DNA of 64,000 nt from Octopus sinensis (lineage: Eukaryota): NCBI RefSeq assembly GCF_006345805.1, contig NC_043004.1:12462001-12526000 (forward strand), read 5' to 3'. Both the position numbers and the translations under genes were made by a program. Of the stretch, positions 40,683-54,601 are shown piece by piece. The number at the start of each line of letters is the position of its first letter. The stretch's first letter is position 1. The notes under the pieces are model-generated. The model saw only the letters and a program-made list of their open reading frames with translations. It ran no database searches and was not told where the DNA came from.

Positions 40683-40750
<68 letters not shown>

Positions 40751-40905
40751 AAAAAAATACAAACTGGGACAAGAACGCAAAACATTAAGAAGACGATGCA
40801 AAAAACACGGACGGGACATTCGAAGCCTTCAATCTTCAGTCAAGAACCGGACCATCCTCGCAATTTCGGCTGATTAATCTTGAGATCGCTCCGATCCGGC
40901 TATAT

Positions 40906-40958
<53 letters not shown>

Positions 40959-40961
<3 letters not shown>

Positions 40962-41376
40962 ATATACATCTGGAAGATCCTGGAAAGACTTGTCCCAAAC
41001 TTTGGCAGCGAGAGTTACACAAATACTAGAACTGGGCGCCACTGCATAGTGCCAAGGACTCCGAATTTGCCATCAAGATGTAGGACAAGATACTGCGATA
41101 GCCTGGGCTTCAGAGGTCCACAGCTCTTCAATATCCTCCCGAAGGACCTAGGAGACCTGCATGGGGTGGATGCAGATGTCTTCAAAATAAATCTGGACCG
41201 CTTCCTGTCCCAGATGAACCAACTTCACAGCAGGAGGTGCATATGAGGGTAGCTGCATCAAACTTTCTCATGCACCAAATGTCAATTGCTAAAGAGCATT
41301 CATGAAGTAAAATCATGTAGCAACACCGAATGGCGTTGCCCCAGCATGGCCACAGCTCGTGATTTGAAACTAGATG
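40959..41376 (+). mobile_element. CR1/L2-group LINE 3' fragment
   Basis: IYIWKILE..NLPSRCRTRYCDSLGFRGPQLFNILPKDL, highly similar to 16570-16860 reversed; same 3' tail. Confidence 0.88.
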
Positions 41377-41402
41377 AAATGAATATATATATATATATAT
41401 AT

Positions 41403-41795
41403 ATTTCTTTATTGCCCACAGGGGCTAAACAAGAGGTGCAAACAAAGGGACTAAGTCGATTACATCGACCCCAGTGGGTAACTGATATTTATTTAATCGA
41501 CCCCGAAAGGATGAAAGGCAAAGTTGACCTCAGCGGAATTTGAACGCATAATGTAACAGCAGACGAAATACCTATTTCTTTACTACCCACAAGGGGCTAA
41601 ACACATAGAGGACAAACAAGGACAGACAAACGGATTAAGTCGACTATATCGAACCCAGTGCGTAACTGGTACTTATTTAATCGACCCCGAAAGGATGAAA
41701 GGCAAAGTTGACCTCTGCGAAATTTGAACTCAGAATGTAACGGCAGACGAAATACCGCTAATCATCTTACCCGGTGTGCTAACGATTCTGCCAAC
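41403..41795 (-). mobile_element. SINE family B, two tandem copies
   Basis: Two TATTTCTTTA.T.CCCACA.GGGGCTAAAC..TCGACCCCGAAAGGATGAAAGGCAAAGTTGACCTC units. Confidence 0.88.
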
Positions 41796-41804
41796 TATAT
41801 ATAT

Positions 41805-41852
<48 letters not shown>

Positions 41853-42395
41853 TATGTATGCATGCAATGGGTTTCATTCAGTTTCTGTGTACCACACCCA
41901 CTCACAAGGCTTTGGTCGGCTCGAAGCTATAGTAGAAGACACTTGCCCAAGGTGCCACGCAGTGGGACCGGACCTGTAACGATGTGGTTGGGAAGCAAAC
42001 TTCCTACCACACAGCCACGCCTGTGTCTACATTGTGGAGACGAAAACAAACCAAGACCGCTTGTGAAGCGGTGATGTGGGACAAAAGACAAACACAAAGA
42101 GACATGACACACATGCACGCATATCATCATCATCATCATCATCATCATTTAATGTCCGTTTTCCATACTGCATTGTTTGGACGGTTTGAGCAGAGTTGGC
42201 AAGATGGAGCGTTGCACCAGATTCCAGTCTGATTTGGCATGGCTTCTACAAACTTTATGCCCTTTCTAACGCCACCCACTTTACAGAGTGTCCTGGGTGC
42301 TTTTACGTTTCACCACACGGGCACTTTAACGTGTGCCACAGGGACGTTGTGTGTTTGTGTGTGTGTGTGCGTGCGTGTGTTTGTATGTATGTATG

Positions 42396-42559
42396 CACTA
42401 GCGTAGCTACTTTGGCGGCAGTGACAATCTGCTCTGGGCGGCATTTTTCAAACGGGGGTACTTTTGGGTCTGCTGTAGGCAGTATGTGACTTTTGTGGGA
42501 TCCGGGGGTGATAAACAGAAGGGCCGCCCCGGGTGGCACACACTCTAGCTACGCTAGTG
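42396..42559. mobile_element. MITE with 14-bp perfect terminal inverted repeats (hAT-like)
   Basis: CACTAGCGTAGCTA (42396-409) / TAGCTACGCTAGTG (42546-559); imperfect 8-bp flanks TATGTATG / TAAGCATG. Confidence 0.7.
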
Positions 42560-42777
42560 TAAGCATGTATGTGTGTTTACGATAGGATTTTGTTAATCAA
42601 ATCGAATAACCGAGTCATTGATCGACTAGGGGTTATAATACGAGACGTTTGGGAAAAGTGAAAAGCAGAGGAACTAGTTAACTAACACCGTGGTTGAAAT
42701 GCGGGCTTCTTAACCATACAGCTATCCCTGGACTTAATTATCTATTTATATTTCTGTTTCATTATACATTTACACAT

Positions 42778-42939
42778 TATAGGCACAGGAGTGGCTGTGT
42801 GGTAAGTAGATTGCGTACCAACCACATGGTTCTAGTTTCAGTCCCACTGCCTAGCACCTTGGGCCGACCAAAGCCTTGTGAGTGGATTTGGTAGACGTAA
42901 ACTGAAAGATGCCCGTCATATATCTGTATATATATATAC

Positions 42940-42994
<55 letters not shown>

Positions 42995-43180
42995 TGTGTT
43001 TGTTCTCTCACAAACACCGCTTGACAACCGATGCTGGTGTGTTTACGTCACCGTAACTTAGTTGGTTCGGCAAAAAAGACCGATAGAATAAGTACTAGGC
43101 TTACAATGATTTGCTCGACTAAAAGCGGTGCTCAAGCATGGCTGGAGTCAAATGACTGAAACAAGTAAAAGAGTAAAGAG
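42778..43180 (+). mobile_element. SINE family A, near full length
   Basis: Head, internal (TA)(TG) tract, tail GAGTCAAATGACTGAAACAAGTAAAAGAGTAAAGAG. Confidence 0.88.
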
Positions 43181-43629
43181 TACTAAACACTGCATTATCC
43201 TTAAAATAATTACATAACTAACCATCGTTGGAATCTTATGTACGACTCATGAACAGCCTAGAAATAACAACCAAATCGACCGCAAATCATACACTATCTA
43301 TGCAACCAAAGAGCAGATTGTTCAAAAGAGTACTCCATGAAGACGAAAAATGCGGGAAGGTCAGAGTTGGAAAGCTTCTGATCATACATACTCTGCTTCA
43401 CCAGAATAAGTCTTGAATGTGTTTATACGTTGAAAGGAAACACTTTTAGATAATTAATAAATCGTTCGAAATTTTGATTAATTTGTCATAATAGTGAAGT
43501 AGCCCTGTTAATTACGTAAGATCATTGTTTAATGTTAAAATACTTCTATTTTAGAGACGATAGAAGCCGATGAATCATTTTTAGTAAAATGAATTACATA
43601 CTACTATTGCGTTGTAGCATTTCAATCAA

Positions 43630-43900
43630 TAACATGTATGTATGTACGTATTTATGTATGTATGTGTGTATGTATCTGTTTATGCATGTATTTATGTATG
43701 TATGTATGTATGTATATATGTATGCATGCATGTATGTATGTATGTATGTATGTATGTATGTATGTGTGATGTATGTATGTATGAATGTATGTATGTATGT
43801 ATGTATGTATGTATGTATGCATGCATGCATGTATGTATGTATGTATGTATGTATGTATGTATGTATGTATGTATGTATGTATGTATGTATGTATATATAC
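43630..43900. repeat. (ATGT)n tetranucleotide array; similar (ATGT)/(ATCT)/(TA) arrays occur throughout, e.g. 44540-44700, 45158-45240, 49570-49890, 60030-60540
   Basis: Directly visible. Confidence 0.95.
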
Positions 43901-44035
43901 GCACATACATACATACGTACTTAAGTCTGTTTGCTATGTATTTATGTGAATGTGGTATGTATATATTATATTATATTATATTTATATATAATATACATTA
44001 TGCATATATATATATCATATATGCATATATATATG

Positions 44036-44072
<37 letters not shown>

Positions 44073-44106
44073 CATTCATGCATATATACACCACACACAT
44101 ATCTAC

Positions 44107-44139
<33 letters not shown>

Positions 44140-44321
44140 TAGATAATTATAGCTAAATAGTAGATAGAGATAGTGATATATATATATATATATATTACAT
44201 ATACATATATACATGTATGTATACGCGAGCATACAACACCACACATTACACTTAAGTATATGTAAGTACATTTATGTAAGTATATGCGTACATGTAAACA
44301 AATATGTGCATAAATCTGTCG

Positions 44322-44352
<31 letters not shown>

Positions 44353-44540
44353 CGTACGTGCATACTACATGTCCTATGGCTGTAGCAACGGTTCAAATTT
44401 CACGATTCTCCCCAGAGACAAATTCTCCAGACATACCGAGAAAATCTTAATTATATTTTTTATCTGTCAATATGTCTGCTGAATCTGCCCCTGAGTGAAG
44501 TCGTGAGATCTGAAACATTGTAATCACCTCAGGCTATGCA

Positions 44541-44635
<95 letters not shown>

Positions 44636-44712
44636 GTATCTACCATCAATCTATCTATCTATGTATCTATCGATGTATCTATCTATCTATCCATCGATCA
44701 CTGTCATATATA

Positions 44713-44759
<47 letters not shown>

Positions 44760-44892
44760 CATGTAGATCAAAATAGAAATATTACACTCTACAGTTAAAG
44801 TATGATTTTCATTACTTTACGTCTGGTTTTTTCATTCTTCTGATGGAAACCGTGTTATGTATGTATATATATATATGCATATACATATATAC

Positions 44893-44928
<36 letters not shown>

Positions 44929-45157
44929 TATTTCACATATATATATATATGCGTTTGTGTGTATGGTGGTTGTCACTTAGAGTGTAGTAACCAGTGTTGG
45001 CTACTTTGTCTAATGCTGCGGCTCAACAAGTAGAGAAAAGTATCAACGGAATTTGTGGCAGGATTAAAAATAAGCACTTGCTATGATTTGGTCGACTAAA
45101 CTCATCATGGTTGTGCCCCAGCCTGGCTGTAGTCCAATGACTCAGACAAGTAAAAGA

Positions 45158-45238
<81 letters not shown>

Positions 45239-45377
45239 CCTAACTGCCTGTCAGTCTTTCTATCTATCTTTCTGTCTATCTGTCTGTCTGCTCGTCCGTC
45301 CGCTTGTCTGTCTGTCTGATAGTCATGTCTATATATGTGTTTGTGTGTGGGTATCTATATATTTATATGTATTCTAA

Positions 45378-46238
45378 CTGATGCACCCGGTAATTCCCGG
45401 GAAAGCGGGGCTTATTCCTTGGTTCATAATTGTTTCGCTATTCCAGTAATTACAATACACAGTATGTAGCCCTTAAAACGGTTTTTTTGTGCATTTACAG
45501 AGAGCACCAAACTGTCTTACACAGGATTTTGCTTTCAAGAATTCCCAATAACTTATGAATACCCAAATGGTGAAGTCAGTTATGTAATAATATGAAATTA
45601 GCTATCCGATAGTAAGAATTCAAATAAAGTAGTCCCGAAAAGGGCTTTAATGCGTTCCAAGAGTGTATAGGACTTAGGAGGAATTACTAATAAGGTATGT
45701 ATACTAAAATCGTGAAGTATGTTACGTAATAACAGGCTAAACAGAAATGAGATAATAGCAATTCAAAGAAAATAACTCTGAAAAGGTCTTTTGTGCGTTC
45801 CCAGAGAATATTATCATCAGCGGCGCTAGTGTTGGTATATTCGTGAATAAGTCACTAACCGAAATAAGTGCATCTATTGTTTAGAAAAATACTATTTACT
45901 TGTTTAAAGGTTGTATTGGATAAATTGCGAAAATAAGTAACATTACAAATACTAAGAAATAAGCATGCTCAATTTGATTTATTATCAAATGATTTGGGAA
46001 AATGAACGGGTTATTTCACTTGGCTCTTAAGTGAATGGGTTATCTCCCTTGGCTGATAAAATGAAATATATTAGATATATATACAAGGATCTCTTCCAGG
46101 GGCCCTATTATCAATTTTTTGAGACATGAGTTCTACTCACGTGCCAAGTTTCATCAAAATCGATAAAACAATGTAGGAGGATTTAGCTAACGACTCCACA
46201 AACACACCCACAGACAGCATTTTCACATTTGTAGTAGA
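45378..46238 (-). mobile_element. Non-autonomous Helitron-like element
   Basis: Minus strand A|TCTACTACAAATGTGAAAATGCTGTCTGTGGG start; subterminal hairpin CCCGG-GAATTA-CCGGG; terminus is degenerate (CAGT instead of CTAG). Confidence 0.6.
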
Positions 46239-47181
46239 TCTATATGTGTATGTGCGTTCTTATGCATTAAAGCTTGTGTTTATATTAAAAAAACTTATTT
46301 GTGCGTATGTATGTGTGTGCATGTGTGTTTGCGTGAATGTGTGTATGTAAATACAAAACATATTAGAACTAGCTGACACTCATCGACGACCTGCCAAGAT
46401 TATCAACGTATCGGAGAGAAGGCCTCACAAGGCGGCAACTGGCAGAATCGTTAGCACGTTTGGCAAAAAATGCTTAGTTGTATTTCGTTTGCCGCTACGT
46501 TCGAGTTCGAATTCCGCCGAGGTCGTCTTTGCTTTTCATCTTTTCGGGGGGGTCAATAAATTAAGTACCAGTGAAACGAGTGTGATCCGAATACCCTAAC
46601 AACGTGAATTCGATTCCTGGCGCTGTGTTGCGTTCTTCAACAAGATACTTTATCCCATACTGTTCCAGTGCACTCAGCTGGCATAAATGAGGAGTACTTG
46701 TTTTTTCAAAGGACCGGACTTGTCATATTCTGTGTTACACTGAATCTCCTTGACAACTATGTTAGGGGTATGCGTGTATGTGTGTTGTACCCAGCACCTG
46801 CTTGCTAATTTTAAGAGCCGGTTGTTCTGTTGATCAGATCCACTGGAACCGACGTCGGCGTAACCAACGGAGTGCCAGTTAGTCTGGCCTCTATCTTTTG
46901 ACCTGTCTAACATGGAGGGACATACCAGGGGCATGGCCTCCACTGACAGAGTTCTCAGGGTCATTGAAACACACAAACCACAACACCACAACAGAAGTTA
47001 GAATCTGTGATAGCTGGGTACGTTTACCTCAGTATAATTTGATTTAAGTAATCAGGCCAGATCTCATGTTTGGTAGGGTCACTACCCCCACTCTCCCTAC
47101 TCCCAATAGCTGCGGGAGCCTTGTACATGTTCATGGACACAAACACTTCTTTCAGATTAAAAGGTAAAATATGCGTGTATA

Positions 47182-48067
47182 AGTGGTCTGATCAATAAGT
47201 ATCCGGACTGTTGCCATAGTAACGAAGCTAACGTATGCAGAGTAAAGCTGCTTAGCACAGATAGATCTCAAATTCTGCTGTGTATGCACACTAAGTTTTA
47301 ACGTTCTAGCTCACTTCCCATGTTTACAGGAGTGCTTTGAAGGAAGGTGTGTAGCTTGTATTCGTTGCATTGTTCATGACCGAGAAAGTCCAGCAGAGAA
47401 TCTGCATCAAATTTTGCCAAAAGCTTGGCGATAACTGCTCAAAGACCTACGCAAAGTTTTCAAAAAGTTTCCCTCGTTCTCGACACAATCGAGGAGACCT
47501 TGTACAACTGAAACCCGAGTGTCTTCTTGGTCACCTCAAAGCAGTTTTGGCACAAACTTGGCAGATACGCGCATCTCATACTCAAAACTTCAGTGATAAC
47601 GGACAGAACTGTACCGCAACTAATCTGCAAATCCTCTGATATCTCAAGGCTGGTGATTCAATAATTTCCCCCTCATAGCTGCATGCACATCTGCGATGTT
47701 TTGCTCAGTTCTGCTGGTTGCGGGTCTCCCAGAACGTTCGTCACTATCAACATCTTGGAAACGTCTGAACCACTCGTACACTTGTGTGCGGCTCATACAC
47801 TCCTCTCCATACACATTCTGCAACTTTGCAAAGGCCTCTGAGTAGGTATCGCCATGACAACTTTTTCTGTCTTGGTCAATGCTACGATCACACATTACAC
47901 ACGTTACTTCCAAGCACTGTTGTAAACAGCGGATGTGAGCTAGAACGTTAAAACTTAGTTCGCATGCACAGCAAAGTTTGAGGTTAATCTGTGCCAAGCG
48001 GCCTTACTCTGCCCGTTTTAGCTTCATTACTATAGCAACAGTCCGTATACTTATTGATCAGACCGTG
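47182..48067. mobile_element. Mariner derivative made of two 5' ends in inverted orientation
   Basis: TA flanks; about 180-bp inverted termini; HTH start QQRICIKFCQKLG on + (47370) and a longer transposase N-terminus on - (MSRTQVYEWFRRFQD..ERSGRP, VSAKFVPKLL). Confidence 0.8.
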
Positions 48068-48300
48068 TATACGTACGTCCATCACGAGGTCCAGTCCTTG
48101 CTGAGATATGATGGTTTGTGTGCCTCTGACCCTGACAGGTAAGTCAGCCAACCGCAATATCCCAGTAGGGCTTTCCACAGCAGGCAATACAAAGGCCAGG
48201 GGCCAGACTAACATAGAACATCTCTTCTTCCTAGAAAAATAGCAAAGGTACAAAAGCGCCGATGACAATTCAAAACCAACAAGAACTGTCTGCCGATCTA

Positions 48301-49561
48301 TTAGGTTGTCAAGAAAGTTCTGGCGGAATTTTAAATTTTGGTTTTAAATGATGTATTTTCAAATTAATTTTCGTTAAATTACTTTGACTTTATATATCAT
48401 TTTAAAGCCCGTGTTTTGCTCTATCTAATCGTATTACTCATTTTCTTTTTGAATAATTAGGTCATTTTTTTCGGAACGTTGAATACAACATGGACAAAAA
48501 GCAAATTTGCACAATTTTCTTATTCCAGTTCAAGCTAGGCCGAAAAGCTGCTGAAACAGATTGCAATATCAAGGATGCCTTTGGCCCAGGAACCACTAAT
48601 GAACTTACAGCACAATGGTGGTTCGAGAAATTTCGTAGCGGTGACGAGAGTCTTGAAGATGATAAGTGTAGTGGTCGGCTATCGGATGAATCTTAGTCGA
48701 AGCCAATCCAAGCACAAATGTCCGAGAGCTTGCTTCTGAATTAGGGGTAACGTATACAATTTCCAACCACTTGAAAGAGATTGGAAAAAACAAAACTACT
48801 TGAGAAATGGGTACCGCACAAATTGAACGACCCCCCCCCCAAACCGCCGTTTTTAAGTGAATTCTTCCCTTTTTTTACGCAACAAGAACGACCCGTTTCT
48901 CGATCGGATTGGGACTTGCGATGAAAAGTGGATTCTTTACGACAACCAGCGACGCTCAGCTCAGTGGTTGGGTGCCGATGAAGCTCCACGTCACTTCCCG
49001 AAGCCAAAGTTGCACCAAAAGAAGGTCATGGTGACTGTTTGGTGGTGTGCGGACGGTCTCTTCCATCGCAGCTTTTTGGATCCAGGCGAAACCATTACGG
49101 CGGTGAAGTACTGTCAGCAAATGGGTGAAATGCATAAAAAAATCCGATAACAACACCCAGCATTGGTCAATAGAAAAGGACCAATTCTTCTCCCGACAAC
49201 GCTCGGCCGCTCGTCGCACAACTGACCCTGCAGAAGTTGAACGAATTGGGCTATGACACTGCCTCATCCGCCATACTCAGCAGAGCTCTCGCCTACCGAT
49301 ACCACTTTTTCAAGTATCTCGACAACTTCCTGCGTGAGAAAAGCTTCAAAAACCAAGACGATCCCAAACACGCCTTCAACGACTTCATCGCCACCAGAAC
49401 GCAAGATTTTTACGCTACTGGCATTATAAATTTGTTTAACGTTGGCAAAAGTGTGTTGATTCTGACCATATTTATTTCGGTTAATAAAGTTTTGTTTGAG
49501 CCAAGATATGTGCATCTGAATTTAAAGGTTAAAAATTACAAGAACTGTCTTGAAAACCTAA
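48301..49561 (+). mobile_element. Full-length degenerate mariner (DD34D) transposon, 1261 bp
   Basis: TA flanks; termini TTAGGTTGTCAAGAAAGTTCT / reverse complement TTAGGTTTTCAAGACAGTTCT; [53 protein letters not shown] spread over several frames. Confidence 0.92.
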
Positions 49562-49668
49562 TATTTATTTACCTACCTACCTACCTACTTACATATCTAC
49601 CTACCTACCTACCTACCTACCTACATACATACATACATACATATCTGTCTATCTCCCTATCTGTTTGG

Positions 49669-49724
<56 letters not shown>

Positions 49725-49831
49725 TTATCTATCTATCTGTCTATCTGTCTATCTATATATATATCAATCTCCATGCCTATCTATCTGTCTATCTCCATGT
49801 CTATCTATCTATTCATCCAACCATCAATCTG

Positions 49832-49884
<53 letters not shown>

Positions 49885-50578
49885 ATCTATCTAACTGTGT
49901 ACATTAACACTCTCTATACCTTATTCTTTAATATAATCTAACCCTTTCTCAACAGGGTGCTATTTGCATAAAACATCATTCGCATTTCTCAAATGGCGTA
50001 TTCTGTTTTTATTAAAGCTACCCGTTTTAAATTTCATATATTTAATTGTTATGTCATTATTTGATACTTTTAATTGTTTGTCATAAATCACACCAGTTTT
50101 GATAGTGATGAATATTGTTAGAGCCAACTGAGACCTCTAACACTCCTGCATTGAATTACATATTAATCAGTGGAGTTGCCAGTAATTAAAGAAAGGCTCC
50201 ATGTAACGCTGATTAATTACCTTACCGTTTAATTAACTAACAATCTAATCTACTTGTGTTTTCCTTTTAAGTAATTAATACAGGCGTATGGGGGTATAGT
50301 ATATTTATGTGAGAGAATACCGTTACACCCACACGTATATGTTTATATGCTTGCATGTATACACACAGACACACAAATGTATGTATGTATGTATGTATGT
50401 ATGTATGTATGTATGTATGTGTGCGTGTATGTATGTATGTATGTATGTATGCATTCATGTATGTATGTATGTATGTATCATCTCTCTTTCTCTCTCTCTC
50501 TAATGCTAGTATGGAAGGTGGACGTTAAACGATGATGAAGAGGATTATGATGATGATATATGTATGTACGTGAATATA

Positions 50579-50619
<41 letters not shown>

Positions 50620-51094
50620 CGCATGTATGTATATGTATATATGCATGTATGTACGTATGCATGTATGTATGTATGTATGTATGTATGTATGTATGTATGT
50701 ATGTATGTATGTATTGGCTACTATATAGAATTTGATTGATGAAGTTATATTTTTATACGTTATTTTGTTACTCTCAAAAATGTTTCTTTTCATCCTCCTC
50801 CTTCTTCTTTTTTCTACTTCTATTTCTTCTTTTTCTCCCCCCCCCCTACCCTACGACATGTTTCGACGTCATCGTTTATCGGTTTCAGTTCATATCAGCT
50901 TTCTGGTCGACGGTGTTGTCGATCCTTCCTGAGTTTATCAAACTAGTAACTGTCAGATACTGAGATCGAACCTACAATATTTTTTTATACAGCACCTCAC
51001 TGCCCAAACTGTATATTGGCAGGTAAACAACAACATCAACAACAACAACAACAATAGCCACAACAACAAAAATTGATGACGGTTATAGATTAAC

Positions 51095-51470
51095 AATCGA
51101 GTGGCTGTGTGGTAAGTAGCTTGCTTACGAACCACATGGTTCTGGGTTCATTCCCACTGCGTGGCACCTTGGACAAGAGTTTTCTGTACTATAGCCTCCG
51201 GCCAACCAAGGCCTTGTGAGTGGATTTGGTAGACAGAAACTGAAAGAAGCCTGTCGTATATATGTATAATATATGTGTGTGTATATGTTTGTGTGTCTGT
51301 GTTTGTCCCACCCCCAACATCGCCTGACAACCGATGGTGGTGTGTTTGCGTCCCCGTAACTTAGTGGTTCCGCAATAGAGAACGATAGAATAAGTACTAG
51401 GCTTATAATGAATAAGTCCTAAGGTCGATTTGCTCGACTAAAGACGGTGTAAAGAGTAAAGAGTAAAGAG
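51095..51470 (+). mobile_element. SINE family A
   Basis: GAGTGGCTGTGTGGTAAGTAGCTTGCTTAC head through the GAGTAAA tail. Confidence 0.88.
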
Positions 51471-51734
51471 AGTATAATTAATGTTACAGTTTACCTCTAG
51501 GTAAGATCTGGTAGAGTAGATCGATACCGAACACATTCCTGCCATCAAGCCATCTTTTATTCCATTATTTAAACGCGTGGTGTGTCCTTAGTGTTCTTCT
51601 ATCATGGAAAAGACAAACCGTTCTAGATGATCTAAGTGGAAGCGGGCCTAAAGAAGCTGTACAATATATATTCTCTTTTAATCCTTTGCCTTTTTACGGC
51701 TGCGGTCATGCTGGAGCACCACAGTGGGCCTTCT

Positions 51735-53120
51735 GAATTCTTCAGTCTAGATTGTTTCACATCACCACTCCTGTGTGTTCCTCTGTCCCAGCTGCTGTCC
51801 CATTTGGTGTATAAGGGAGTTTAATTCCGTTGCCCTCGCCTCCTCGCCTGTGCCTCATGTTAGGTTGTATTGTCATCTGGTATTGTGGAGAGGAGGATGT
51901 CTATTTCCTTTTGAAGACATCTACTTCCACCTTATGCAGATTTCTTAATTTTTGTGTCAGGGCATTGAACGACTGTGGGCCTTTGAACCCTAGTCTATTG
52001 CAGCATTTTGTCTTCGATCTAGATGGAATGGATGGTGCCTCTGGAACAATACAATGGCGGTCAGTTCTGGCATTTGTTTAACCCTCAATGCCGAAATTAG
52101 GTACTAGCCGTTCTAGAGTTTTCCATATGTAGATTATTGCATATTCTCATGCCTTCACTCCAAGAAATAAAGTTGCAGTTTTCTCAGCCTATCCCTGTAG
52201 CTCATCCGTTGCACGCTTTCAATCTCTTTAGTGTAGTGGCGTTGGACTGCTTCAAGCTCGGCATTCTGGTAACCTATTTCTTTATTACCCACAAGGGGCT
52301 AAACACAGAGGGGACAAACAAGGACAGACATAGGTATTAAGTCGATTACATCGACCCCAGTGCGTAACTGGTACTTAGTTTATCGACCCCGAAAGGATGA
52401 AAGGCAAAGTCCACCTCGGCGGAATTTGAACTCACAACGTAACGACAGACGAAATACGGCTACGCATTTCGCCCGGCGTGCTAACGATTCTGCCAGCTCG
52501 GCCATCTGGTAACCATAACAGAGAGCAGTAGTCCAGACGACCTGAGAACAAAAGTTCTTCACAGAGTCAACAAAGTTACTTGGTCTCATGCCTCGAAGGA
52601 CCTCAGTATCCATCCTACCAGTTGTCTGCACTTTGCTGCCATCTTGGTAATGTGTACATAAAATCATGTGACATTGCACATACTGATACCCAAGTCTTTC
52701 ACTGCCTGTGACTTTAGGTTTGTGGTGCCTTCGGGTCCTGTATATGCAGGCTGTAGTGCATTCATGAATTTGTAGTGCAGTGCTTGAAATTCCCCAGCAT
52801 TAGATTACATATTGTTTATTTTGGCCCACTTGTGTATCGAATTCAGGTCCCGCTGTAAGCTTGCGACTTCGTCTTCGTTATTTATTGCCTGTGGTAATTT
52901 TGTATCATCGGCATAGCTAGTGACAGTGACTATTCAAGTGACCGTGGGCATATCTAAGGGGGCTATTATGAACACTAATGGCGCCAGAACAGTTCCCTGA
53001 AGGATGCCACTTAGGATTTGAGTTTCTTCAGAAAGTGCACCATTAGCTGCAACTACCTGACTTCTGTCTTTAAAGTAGTCATGCAGCAACGCTCCCAGTT
53101 TACCAGCAATGCCAAGGTCG
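51735..53120 (-). mobile_element. Older CR1/L2-group LINE fragment, split by a SINE B insertion
   Basis: ILSGIPSGNCSGAISVH (frameshifted GVPQGTVL), YADDTK, CNRLGFKGPQSFN; homologous to 16431-17510. Confidence 0.75.
52275..52504 (-). mobile_element. SINE family B with 10-bp target-site duplication
   Basis: TCTGGTAACC at 52265-74 and 52505-14 flank the element. Confidence 0.9.
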
Positions 53121-53274
53121 CAAAGCTTATGATATATGTCGTATTAGTATTGAGTATTTCTTTTTCTACAAGTTGTAAGTTCTTAAAATTTCTACTCGTT
53201 GGCAGTCATGTATAGCATTTTTTCAGGCTTTTTTTTTTTAATCGTCAGCATGGCATAACACAAGACAAATATGT

Positions 53275-53556
53275 TCTTTTCTTTTACTCTTTTACTCTTT
53301 TACTTGTTTCAGTCATCTCAATGCGGTCGTGCTGGAGCACCGCCTTTAGTCGAAAAATTCGACACTAGGACTTATTCTTTGTAAGCCTAGTACTTATTCC
53401 ATCTTTTTGTCGAACCGCTATGTTACAGAAATGTAAATACACAAACATCGGTTGCCAAGCGATGGTAGGGGGACAAACACAAACACGCGAATTCACACAC
53501 ACACATACACACACATACTCGCACGCACACACACACACACACACACACGTATATAC

Positions 53557-53595
<39 letters not shown>

Positions 53596-53750
53596 GTACG
53601 ACGGGCTTTTTTAGTTTCCGTCTACCAAATCCACTAGGCCTGAGGCTATAGTAGAAGACACCTGCCCAAGGTGCCACGCAGTGGGACTGAACCTGGAACC
53701 ATGTGGATGGTAAGTAAGCTTCTTACCACACTGTCACGCCTTCACCTACA
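53275..53750 (-). mobile_element. SINE family A, near full length
   Basis: Tail, internal microsatellite 53460-53595, and head. Confidence 0.88.
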
Positions 53751-54439
53751 TGGTCACACCTGCGCATATACAGTCACACCTGCGCCTATATGGACCCCGC
53801 CTGCGCCTATTTGGACCCCGCCTGCGCCTATATAAGCTATATTACACTGAATTAAACATTTTTTTCCTACGAAGTTAAACAAGTTTTACAGAAAGAAAAT
53901 AGTTTTCAGTTTGAAAGACAATGGATGATTTCTTTTGCTCATCAAAGATTGTTAATTGTTCAGTAATAGAGTGGGAGTGAGAGGGAAGGGAGAGAGGAAG
54001 AAAAAGGGGAGAGAGAAAAGGAAGGAAAGAGATAGAGAGAAAGAGAGGGAGAGAGGAAAGAGGGGAGAGAAAGAGAGAGGGAGAGTGGAGAGAGAGGGCA
54101 TAGAGGAGAGGGAGAGAGAAGGAGAGAGTCATAGAGAGAAGGAAAGAAAGTGAGAGAGAGAGGGTGAGAGAGGGAGGTAGACAGAGAAATAGAGAGAGAG
54201 GTGGGGAATATAAAGGTTAAAATTACCTGGTTACGAATTGAAAGGTTTTGTTGAACAAGTCGAACCCAGTAATTATTTCCTGAAAAATCTGATATTTATT
54301 CTGCAGTTAACTTTTGCTGGGACTAAGTTACGAAGATATAAACTAAGCAACACCGGTTGTCATGCGGTGGTGAGAGACAAACACAAGCACACACACACAT
54401 ACACACCAACGCACAAACACGCACATTCTGTTTCTACAG

Positions 54440-54601
54440 TTTCCTATTTCTTTATTGCCCACAAGGGGCTAAACGTAGAGGGGACAAACAAGGACAGACA
54501 AAGGGATTAAGTCGATTACATCGACCCCAGTATGTAACTGGTTCTTAATTTATCGACCTCGAAAAGATGAAAGGCAAAGTCGACCTCGGCGGAATTTGAA
54601 C
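54440..54601 (-). mobile_element. SINE family B, 5' truncated
   Basis: TATTTCTTTATTGCCCACAAGGGGCTAAAC..GTCGACCTCGGCGGAATTTGAAC. Confidence 0.88.

Noticed and set aside
40815-40892. Minus-strand CTGAAGA and GCCGAAA segments near the fold-back element
   Set aside because: Segments are in the wrong order or truncated by (TA)n, so no complete ribozyme can be drawn; may be a Penelope-type remnant.
44476-44535. CTGAGTGA..GAAACATTGTA
   Set aside because: Extra core nucleotide and no stem I; better explained as a simple CCTGAG/CTCAGG hairpin.
46890-47000. RTE-like 5' segment that might fold as an HDV-like ribozyme
   Set aside because: Only one helix (TGACCT/AGGGTCA) could be drawn; P3, L3 and the catalytic C could not be placed by eye.
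50868-50925. Minus-strand GAAAC-AT-GTC with upstream CTGATATGA
   Set aside because: Core is distorted and stems I and II do not pair convincingly.
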